From: a virus
Direction: 5' to 3' (one strand)
DNA length: 64,000 bases
Virus record (IMG/VR): IMGVR_UViG_3300022744_000001
Location: 2,022 to 66,021 of that record
Part shown: one piece after another, positions 56,844 to 64,000 of the stretch
How the letters are laid out: each line of letters opens with the position of its first letter
Position numbering within the stretch: position 1 is the first letter of the stretch
The notes under the pieces: model-generated
Database searches by the model: none
What the model saw: only the letters and a program-made list of their open reading frames with translations
Told to the model about the DNA's origin: nothing
Translations under genes and position numbers: made by a program

Positions 56844-57260
56844 ATGGACCTGACCATTACAGCGGTATGCGTGCTTGTCATCAACCCCAAGGGCCAGGTG
56901 CTCCAGGTAGCTCGCCGGGGCACCACCGACCAGTGGGGCATCGTTGGCGGCAAGGTGGAGCCCCCGGACAAGTCCCCAGCTCACGCCGCAGCGCGCGAGG
57001 TCCGGGAGGAGTCAGGGGTCATCGTCAAGGTGCACCACCTCATCCCGCTTTTCACGAGCATGGCGGACGAGGAGTTCGTCTGCCAAACCTTCCTCGCGCT
57101 CGAGTACGACGACACGGACATGGTGACCGAGACCGAAGAGGGGCCTGTCCAGTGGGGCTCCTACAGCAACGTCATCGAAGGTCCGTTTGGAGAGTACAAC
57201 CGTCGGCTCCTCGAGAAGTTCTCCATGGTCAAGGCGGTCCTTGGGCGATTGGCCTACTGA
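56844..57260 (+). CDS. NUDIX hydrolase (second copy)
   Basis: GGKVEPPDKSPAHAAAREVREESG is a Nudix box. Confidence 0.75.
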   Translation: MDLTITAVCVLVINPKGQVLQVARRGTTDQWGIVGGKVEPPDKSPAHAAAREVREESGVIVKVHHLIPLFTSMADEEFVCQTFLALEYDDTDMVTETEEGPVQWGSYSNVIEGPFGEYNRRLLEKFSMVKAVLGRLAY

Positions 57261-57289
57261 CCTGGAGGGGTAGGGGGTACACTGCGGGT

Positions 57290-57649
57290 ATGACTCGCAG
57301 CATCAACTCCCTACGCGACCTCTTCTCGGGCACCCCTGTGGTCAACCCGACGCTCCAAGAGCTGGCGAACGAACGGCCGCCGCACACCATCTACGAGCAG
57401 TCAGGGAACGACATCACGGCGCGGATGCCCGGAGAGACCGCTGAGGACCACCCAGCCTACCCGCATGAATTGGTAGCCATGGCTCGAGCCCAGCGCTCCC
57501 AAGTTCGAGGCAGGCTCGAGGCGGAGGGGGCCGGGACCTATGTGGCGCCGCCGGTACCCGAGTTCAACGAGGAGGAGTTCCACCCGCCGGTAGACCCCAA
57601 CGCTTGTCCGTTGCGTCCCGGTGATGTATGGCCTTGGCCGAAGGAGTGA
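57290..57649 (+). CDS. hypothetical protein (119 aa)
   Basis: Internal ATG of a long shadow ORF. Confidence 0.4.
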   Translation: MTRSINSLRDLFSGTPVVNPTLQELANERPPHTIYEQSGNDITARMPGETAEDHPAYPHELVAMARAQRSQVRGRLEAEGAGTYVAPPVPEFNEEEFHPPVDPNACPLRPGDVWPWPKE

Positions 57650-57652
57650 CCT

Positions 57653-57916
57653 TTGGCGACCCACAGCGACCTTACCCCCGAGATGATCGCGAACGCTGAA
57701 CAGAAGCTGGCTCGACGGATCGAGTTGCTCATGGGGTTCGAGGAGGGGCGGGTCACCGTCAAGCTCTTTGACCCCGCCATGCCCGGCAAAACCGGCATGG
57801 AGTTCAACGCCACCCCTCCCCTGACCCAACAAGAGGAGGCACAGATCTTGAGCTACATCAAGGCCATGAACGCAATGATGGGTGGGAGCCCCATCATTGA
57901 ACCCGGCAAAGCCTAG
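57653..57916 (+). CDS. hypothetical protein (87 aa)
   Basis: Clean small ORF. Confidence 0.4.
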   Translation: MATHSDLTPEMIANAEQKLARRIELLMGFEEGRVTVKLFDPAMPGKTGMEFNATPPLTQQEEAQILSYIKAMNAMMGGSPIIEPGKA

Positions 57917-59031
57917 TAGCCTCGTTCCGGGGACGTCGCGCCCTTCTTGTCGTCGCCCACGAGCCAACCGATGGAGGGTCGGATCGCCCCAGACTCCATC
58001 TGGTGTGCGCCCACGAACCCACCAAGGAACTCCATCTCGAACTTCTGGTCGAAGTAGAACCAGGTGAACGGGGCGCGCGAGAGCCCAAGAGGGAGGTCGT
58101 CTGGGCTGGGGCCGTGCCATCCAGCTCCGCCCTTGAGGTGCTCCCCAAAGGCATAGGAGTTCCTCCTCGGACTGTCGTACCGAAGGTACGGGAAGAACTG
58201 GTTGATCCACCCCGTTACGAACGGGCCGCCCGACCCACCGCTCTCCTTGTAGAGGCTCTGCCAGAACTTCGCGTTGGCGCGGCCCTCGGCCGCCCGTACG
58301 AACTCGTCGAGGGTCGGCACAAGGTCGTTGACCCACCAGCTCAGGTCGAACTCGGCCAACGCCTGGGCACGCGCTACAACGTCCTTCCAGTCCTGCACCG
58401 TCCCGAGCAACGTGATCTCGGGGATGCCGCAGCAGGTGCGGACCGCGTAGGTGAAGTACGCACTCATCGACTCCATGAGCACCACTTCGGAGGCCGCCTT
58501 CTCGACACCGCCCGTGGTCGAGAAATTCGAGCGCACAAGCTTCACCTTCTCCTGTCCGATGTTCTCCCCGATCTTCGCGGAGAACTCGTCGAAGGCACCG
58601 GGCCAGTCGTTGTGCGGGCTGCCCTTCACGAAGCCGTCTCGGCGGATCTCGATGAGCTTCTTCTCGCCCTCCTTCGAGCCCAGAACAAACCGCTGGCGAA
58701 GCGCCTCAGCGTTCTTCAGGACGTGCTGGGAGAATCCCTGGGCGATGGCCAGCCAGATGTCGTCCGGGGACAGGACGAGCGGGTAGTGGTCGGCAAACGC
58801 TATGTGGACGGCCTGCAAAAAGCCGTTCTTGGGGGCGTACACCTTGATGACGTCGGGAGTGTTCGCGCCGAACGCTTCGGCCCCGGCTTCGTTGATGATG
58901 CTCTGACCTTTGACTGCGCTCTGTGTTCTGGGGTTCACCCAAGGGGGCATTGTGAGCCGCTCGAGCACCGTTGCCGCGGGAAGCCGCTCCGTGTTTTGCT
59001 TGACGTTCGTTACTTGGAATGTGGTGGGCAT
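57913..59031 (-). CDS. hypothetical protein (372 aa)
   Basis: Clean ORF with good composition. No motif was recognised. Confidence 0.55.
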   Translation of the reverse strand: MPTTFQVTNVKQNTERLPAATVLERLTMPPWVNPRTQSAVKGQSIINEAGAEAFGANTPDVIKVYAPKNGFLQAVHIAFADHYPLVLSPDDIWLAIAQGFSQHVLKNAEALRQRFVLGSKEGEKKLIEIRRDGFVKGSPHNDWPGAFDEFSAKIGENIGQEKVKLVRSNFSTTGGVEKAASEVVLMESMSAYFTYAVRTCCGIPEITLLGTVQDWKDVVARAQALAEFDLSWWVNDLVPTLDEFVRAAEGRANAKFWQSLYKESGGSGGPFVTGWINQFFPYLRYDSPRRNSYAFGEHLKGGAGWHGPSPDDLPLGLSRAPFTWFYFDQKFEMEFLGGFVGAHQMESGAIRPSIGWLVGDDKKGATSPERGY

Positions 59032-59068
59032 TCCGCCTTATACACCGCGCCGCGGATTTTGCAGCGAA

Positions 59069-59551
59069 TCAGCGACCGAGGTCGCGTTCCTTGCGCTCCC
59101 ACATGGCTTCATGGGCCAGGTGCATCTCGAGGCCGCAGGAATAACCCTCCTCCACAGCGCGACGTTCGTTGTAGTCGTAGAGCTTGTCCTGAGCGATCAT
59201 TTCGGCTGTGTCCACCCAAAGCTCGGGGGTCACCTTCTTGCCCGCCAGAGCGCGAATCACGAGAGCCTTGAACTCTTCGGCCGTTCCACCCGCGGACACA
59301 AACATTCCGCGGAAGTGCATGGCGGCGTTGCGGTGAATCCGGAGGTGGTGAGCGCGAGCTTCCGCCTCGCTGAGCCGATCCCCGTCACGGTCGTATTCCG
59401 GATGAGGGACGTTCCCGCCGTGAAAGCGGCACTTGTGCCAGGTATCAAGGTCCGAGTTGAGCCAGCCACCGCCACGGCAAGGGCACTTGGAGGGGTTGAC
59501 TTCCGCCCACATCCCGCGCTCAAGCTCGTTGTATTCGTGCTGCATGCTCAT
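59069..59551 (-). CDS. hypothetical protein (160 aa) with CPC/His-rich motif
   Basis: Clean ORF. Confidence 0.45.
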   Translation of the reverse strand: MSMQHEYNELERGMWAEVNPSKCPCRGGGWLNSDLDTWHKCRFHGGNVPHPEYDRDGDRLSEAEARAHHLRIHRNAAMHFRGMFVSAGGTAEEFKALVIRALAGKKVTPELWVDTAEMIAQDKLYDYNERRAVEEGYSCGLEMHLAHEAMWERKERDLGR

Positions 59552-59659
59552 CTTCGTACCCGTCCTTCCTTGCCTAAAGAACGCGGAAGGCCCTCAGAAT
59601 CTATACTGGGAGCAGCGATTTTTCGAGAGCTGTGAGCAAGCCAGCGGAATCAAAAGCGT

Positions 59660-60292
59660 TTACCGTCCAGCCTCACGAGCTGCCCGGCGGCGGTTGTCGA
59701 TGGGGATGAGTCCGGACCAACCCGTTCCCAGGGCTTCGATGGCTTTATAGATGGCCGCGGCGTGGGGTTGCAGCACGTCGTACGGGGCGTTGGCGATCCA
59801 GAACATCTGGGACGCGCAGAAGGTCCCAGGCTCTTGCACGGAGTGGTCTACCCGGAGCAGGCCCTCCATGTGGTTGAACGCCGGACTGTCGAGCATGTCC
59901 TCGGTGATCTCGGCCATCTTCTCCCCGGGTTTGAACTGGGGTGGCGGGCGCAGCATTGCGTGGCGGAACCCATTCCCACCCTCGTCGTACTCTTTGGCCT
60001 CTCCCAGGTAAATGTAAGGCTGCACGTTCTCGAACGCCCAGCGGGTCGGGTCAAGGATGCTCTTGTCCTTGAGGACGACCCAGCCGTGGTGAACCCAACC
60101 CACGTGGGAGAGATGGCCGAACACCGGGGACTCGGGGCTGACCTTGCCACGGAAGTGCCCGTACACGGCCGTTGCCCCTTCCACGAGCTTGGCGGCTTCG
60201 GTCGCGAGCCAGAAGCACTGTCCTGCCCAATACGCAGCGGGTCGCTTCGTCACCTTCTCGAGCATTTCAAGGGTGAGTTGTTCAGGTCGCAT
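59660..60292 (-). CDS. hypothetical protein
   Basis: Internal Met of ORF 59660..60352. Confidence 0.45.
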   Translation of the reverse strand: MRPEQLTLEMLEKVTKRPAAYWAGQCFWLATEAAKLVEGATAVYGHFRGKVSPESPVFGHLSHVGWVHHGWVVLKDKSILDPTRWAFENVQPYIYLGEAKEYDEGGNGFRHAMLRPPPQFKPGEKMAEITEDMLDSPAFNHMEGLLRVDHSVQEPGTFCASQMFWIANAPYDVLQPHAAAIYKAIEALGTGWSGLIPIDNRRRAAREAGR

Positions 60293-62025
60293 TGGGAGTC
60301 TCCTTGTGGTCCTCGTGCTCTGCCATGAACTTGAGTCGCCCCCTGACGCCATGGGACTCGACCCACACCTGGCAGTGCTCGCACCAGCGCTCGACCACGG
60401 TCATCGTGGTCATGGCCAACGGACCAAGGTCAATGACTCGCCCGTCAGCTGTTTGGCATTCGAAACTCTTCCCAGGGGAGGTCTCGAGTCGGCGGTTCCG
60501 CTCTTCTCCATGCTTCGGCATTCGCTCCTACCAGCCGAGGCCAATATACCTCAGCATCTTGGTAACGCGCGAGCGAATCCGAACCTAAACTCAGGCGGGA
60601 CGTTTTCCGAGGATATCGATGAGCTGCAATTCCTGTATGCTGGTCAACCCCATGCAGTAGAGGTAGCCTTGCACGAACCCTACCCATTGAAGGGCTCGCT
60701 CTGGTTTGCCTCGACCCACCATGTCCCGGGCCTCCCCGAGCATCCAACGGAGGTGAGCGTAGACGTCCCGTGGGTGGGTTGAGTGAGGGTTTCTGACCGG
60801 GGCCAAGCTGTCGCCAGCGGCTTCCAAGATGATCTGGTCCATGGCGTCAATCACGCCCTCGAGCCAGCCTTCTGGGCACTCTTCCATCACAACCCTCCCG
60901 CTGGGCCAAGGAACTTCTGCAAGCGACGCTGGAAGTCTCGCACGGCCACCTCGAGCTTGCCTGTGGTCGCGAGGGCAGTCAGCCCGAACACGGACACGGT
61001 CGGGCCGTCCCGGCCACTGTTGGGCCCCTCGTAGGTGAGGGTCCCGCGCCACTGCTTGTCATCATAGGGCCAGACCTCGACACATTGCCCGTGGGCGATG
61101 AGTTCGTACCCACCTCCCATCTCCGCTTTCTTCATCCTACGGCCCATGAAAACCGGCGGCTTTTCCGTGGGAACCACCCGTAATGGCGTTCGCATCACAC
61201 ACCCACCTCGCGGTTTTCAGCTACACCGGGTAGCGCCCACAGCGGCGGGTAGATCGACCTTTTGCCAGTGGGCTCGAACTGCTCGAGCACCTCAGCAAGG
61301 GAAAGCGTCAGCTTCGAATCACCTTCGATGAGAAGGTCCAGGGTTTCTAACCTCCCCTCGCCCCAGTGAGTGCACGAAACCCACCCAACTTTGGATGTGG
61401 TTTTGTGCTGAAGGTAAGCGCCTCGATACAACCAAATAGGCGGAAGCTCGACCTGCATACAAACGTGACCCCCAGCAATAGAACACCGGCCTCTGAGCTG
61501 ACTAGGGGGCAGTCTCAGAGGCCGGTGGAGACCACGGAGGGGGATGGGTCTCCGTTCTATTACACCGGTGTCAGGGTTTAAGTGCAAGGGGGTAGTTTTG
61601 ATCCTGTATTTGGGTAAGGGGCACGTTCGAGGTCTACAGTTTGAGCTTGAGTCGCAAGAGGCCGTGCTCTGGGTGCGTGAAGGGGACGACTTTCAGGCAA
61701 CTCTGGTCTCAGACAAAGGCCCTCTTCTGCACACAGCAGTGCAAGATGAATGGCGGATCTTCGTCCTTCCAGGGCCTGGGGAATGGCGGGCCACTTTCCT
61801 TGGCCCTAAAAAAGCCCCCGAGACCGTGTTCGTTGGCGTGCGGTGTACGGATCAAGGCAAGGTTCTCACAGTTTTCTGAGGTGTATGCCAGATTGGGTCT
61901 GCCGAACGTGCGGGGAATGGACGGGAGACGGTCGCGGGGGCGACGGCCCTCCTTCGTTTTGCCGGTGCGATCGAGAGCGAATCCGCTCGAGCGGGGAGCC
62001 CATCCCGCCCGAAACTCAACGGGCC

Positions 62026-62547
62026 ATGACTAACTCCGAGCGTGCGGCACCGGAGCCTCGTCGCCCCATCCCGCCACCCCCGCCACCCCAGGTGACCAAA
62101 AAGTGCTACATTTGCGGCTCGGACGATGTCGCCACGGAGATTGCGGCTAGGTCGGGACAAGTCCCTCTGGGGCCCGAGATTTTCTACCGAGCGGTCGAAG
62201 ACACGTGCCGCAACTGCGGGGAGACCGGGGACTTCAACCGGGAGAACGACTTCCGAATTGAGGCCGCGTACCTCGAGTCAGGGGTTCGGTTTGTGCGCGA
62301 GACCCTGGCTTGGTTTGAGTCCGAGGGCACCTCGATGGTCGAAATCGACCGCTGCCTTCGCATGAAGATCGGCACCTGCGGGAAGTGGGCTCAGGGGAAG
62401 TCCATCACGGCCGAGGCCGTAGCGCTCATGCAGATCTTGAAGACCTTCCCATGGCTGCTCAACGTGGCAGACAACGACTTCTCCGATGCGGACGGGGAAA
62501 TTGCGAAGATGCTTCGGGAGCACCTGCTGATCGACGTCCCTCAGTAG
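62026..62547 (+). CDS. hypothetical protein with CxxC pairs
   Basis: Internal ATG. The motif CYICG...CRNCG is present. Confidence 0.4.
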   Translation: MTNSERAAPEPRRPIPPPPPPQVTKKCYICGSDDVATEIAARSGQVPLGPEIFYRAVEDTCRNCGETGDFNRENDFRIEAAYLESGVRFVRETLAWFESEGTSMVEIDRCLRMKIGTCGKWAQGKSITAEAVALMQILKTFPWLLNVADNDFSDADGEIAKMLREHLLIDVPQ

Positions 62548-62978
62548 GGCAGGTTGTCCTGGGGGTCGGTGGGCGGGAGCGTCGGAACGCTCTGGGCGTA
62601 GCGCACCCACGCCTCGAACGAGAGAGGGGTGGTGTGCTTTTCGGCGCAGGACGAGACGTAGTCGTCGTAGGCGGCTCGGGCTTCTTGTTCTTGGATCAGG
62701 CTGGTCATGTCCACCTAACGCATGGGGCTCGACGATTCTGAACCGGAATCGTAGGCTCCGCCCATGGATTACGACCAGCAGCCCGACCGAGACACGGAAG
62801 CACTCAAAACCGCATGGGGTTCTGTCCGCGAGGCCGCTACCGCCGTGGAGGCCGCCCAATCCGCTATGCGGTCCGTAGGGGTGCGCCTCACAGTGAACGT
62901 GAGTTTGCCACCGGGCGTGCCCCTTTACACGGAAGTTCCGGCTCCTTCCGAGCGCCCCAAAAGAGTCGGCCGGAACGA

Positions 62979-63007
62979 TTGACTTCCTTTGTTTTTACGG
63001 ATAGTTT
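62979..63007 (+). promoter_or_regulatory. sigma70-like promoter TTGACT-N17-TAGTTT placed 6 nt upstream of tRNA-like element 1
   Basis: ttgact at 62979-62984 and tagttt at 63002-63007, with the predicted start site at about 63014. Confidence 0.5.
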
Positions 63008-63013
63008 GCGATC

Positions 63014-63099
63014 GGAAGCGTCTTGGTAGTCCAGGCCCCCGTCTTCTTCTTCGCAGCCAGCGGGGGCCTGGGGTGCAGGTTCGATTCCTGCCGCTTCCT
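63014..63099 (+). ncRNA. tRNA-like RNA: perfect 7-bp acceptor and canonical T-arm (GCAGG-TTCGATT-CCTGC), but the core is replaced by a 10-bp perfect hairpin with a 21-nt loop
   Basis: GGAAGCG at the 5' end pairs with CGCTTCC at the 3' end. ccaggccccc (63031-63040) pairs with gggggcctgg (63062-63071). No canonical D-arm or anticodon arm could be drawn. Confidence 0.5.
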
Positions 63100-63149
63100 C
63101 TTTACCCCGGCGCGAGGGTTCAGCCGCCCATAAAAAAGGGCAAGCGGGC

Positions 63150-63178
63150 TTGACGCGTGTAGGATCAATTACTACTTT
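63150..63178 (+). promoter_or_regulatory. sigma70-like promoter TTGACG-N17-TACTTT upstream of tRNA-like element 2
   Basis: ttgacg at 63150-63155 and tacttt at 63173-63178, with the predicted start site at about 63184. Confidence 0.5.
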
Positions 63179-63183
63179 CTGAG

Positions 63184-63259
63184 GGAAGCGCTCGGTGGCC
63201 AGGCGTCCCCCATGTCCCCCATGTGGCGTCCGGTGAGGGTTCGAATCCCCCGCTTCAGC
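63184..63259 (+). ncRNA. degenerate paralogue of tRNA-like element 1
   Basis: It shares the 5' GGAAGCG...GGT.G.CCAGG segment and a 3' TTCGAAT T-loop-like segment with CGCTTCA. The stems are imperfect. It contains a tandem cccccatgt x2. Confidence 0.35.
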
Positions 63260-63263
63260 TTTA

Positions 63264-63830
63264 TCAGCACTCCTCGAGCTGTCCGTCTCGCAACCACCCG
63301 TGATACGAACCGCAGATGATGCTGGGGGTCACGGTGATGTTGGGTGGGGTCCCGGTTCGGGTCCACCAGCCGCCCCCGCTGGCAGGGCCGTCCACGACCC
63401 AATCGCCCCCGGGCGTACGCACCACCAGGACGTCGCCGTCAGGGCTCTTCGCGAAGCTTGTGCCTTTGAGCCAGCTCGCAATCCACATCGAGCCCACTGG
63501 GGCTTGTCCGAGCACCGTGAGGTCGCCCGTCCCCGGGTGCCGGTACATCCGGGTCTTGCCCACCTGCCACTGGTCCGCGGGCATGAACTCGTACTGGCAC
63601 GCCACGCAATGAGTCGGCCACCGGGGGTCGGCCCGGTCCACGCCGTCCAAGGTGTGCTCCCCCTCGAGCTGATTTGCAAAGGGGTATGGCATCTGACCGA
63701 TGGTTGCTTTTGCGTCGTGCCCCCACTCGTGAACACACGGGGTGGCGCTCGAGGAGTAGGTGAAGCGCCGCAAGGACACCTCAGCTACTTCGGTAGGTTC
63801 AAGTAGGTAACAGGTAATCTTGCGGGTCAT
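63264..63830 (-). CDS. hypothetical protein (188 aa)
   Basis: Clean ORF. Confidence 0.45.
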   Translation of the reverse strand: MTRKITCYLLEPTEVAEVSLRRFTYSSSATPCVHEWGHDAKATIGQMPYPFANQLEGEHTLDGVDRADPRWPTHCVACQYEFMPADQWQVGKTRMYRHPGTGDLTVLGQAPVGSMWIASWLKGTSFAKSPDGDVLVVRTPGGDWVVDGPASGGGWWTRTGTPPNITVTPSIICGSYHGWLRDGQLEEC

Positions 63831-64000
63831 GCCTAAGACGGTGCATAAAAAGAAGGAGGGGAGGCTTTCACCTCCCCTCCTTTGGGCTTTGTTTCAAGAC
63901 GGGATGCCAGCAGCCGCTGTCCTGAGTTCTCCCCAGGCACCATACGCCCCGGATAGTCTTAGAGGGTGACCTCGTCGTTGATCCCACGGAAGCCGTGGAA

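Noticed and set aside
63014-63099. Canonical class II tRNA (Ser/Leu/Sec)
   Set aside because: The acceptor and T-arm are perfect, but no D-arm or 5-bp/7-nt anticodon arm can be drawn. The 10-bp hairpin with a 21-nt loop does not fit a tRNA or tRNA-Sec layout. It is reported as tRNA-like instead.
1-64000. Integrase, excisionase, terminase, portal or major capsid genes
   Set aside because: No tyrosine- or serine-recombinase motifs, and no terminase Walker or portal signatures, were recognised in any ORF in the window. The lifestyle and the identity of the structural module therefore cannot be called from this window.

Overview
This window looks like an accessory region of a large (possibly jumbo) phage or prophage with high GC content (roughly 60%). 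The evidence is a cluster of 11 minus-strand tRNA genes with encoded CCA ends between short plus-strand ORFs, two free-standing homing-endonuclease genes (GIY-YIG and HNH), two glycine-rich repetitive fibre-like proteins, phage-type nucleotide and translation auxiliaries (dCTP deaminase, peptide deformylase, NT5C-type deoxyribonucleotidase), and many small zinc-ribbon ORFs. I found no integrase, terminase, portal or capsid gene, so temperate versus virulent lifestyle is unresolved. The most notable items are:
- a minus-strand operon centred on a 1266-aa N6-adenine methyltransferase fused to a SNF2 helicase (P1 DarB-like), a second orphan beta-class methyltransferase, two sigma-factor-like genes and a DnaJ-type zinc finger;
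- a scattered set of ADP-ribose and nucleotide processing enzymes (ADP-ribosylglycohydrolase, macro domain, two NUDIX, dual-specificity phosphatase, metallophosphoesterase, HD domain, nucleoside hydrolase, DprA/SLOG-like) that looks like a counter-defence or nucleotide-salvage toolkit;
- a plus-strand class II tRNA with a hand-folded CUA anticodon (putative amber suppressor) fused to the end of the HNH gene, with a Pth2-like peptidyl-tRNA hydrolase immediately downstream;
- a triple 18-bp tandem iteron followed by a 100-bp low-GC patch holding 8 GATC sites inside perfect palindromes, a candidate replication origin;
- a three-PAS GGDEF (GGDEY) diguanylate cyclase;
- two elements (63014-63099 and 63184-63259) that have a perfect tRNA acceptor stem and T-arm but a non-tRNA core, each placed just downstream of a sigma70-like promoter (TTGAC-N17-TA..TT); the same promoter-plus-intrinsic-terminator arrangement at 30743-30874 marks a candidate sRNA.
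All calls were made by eye from motifs and hand folding, and no database search was possible.
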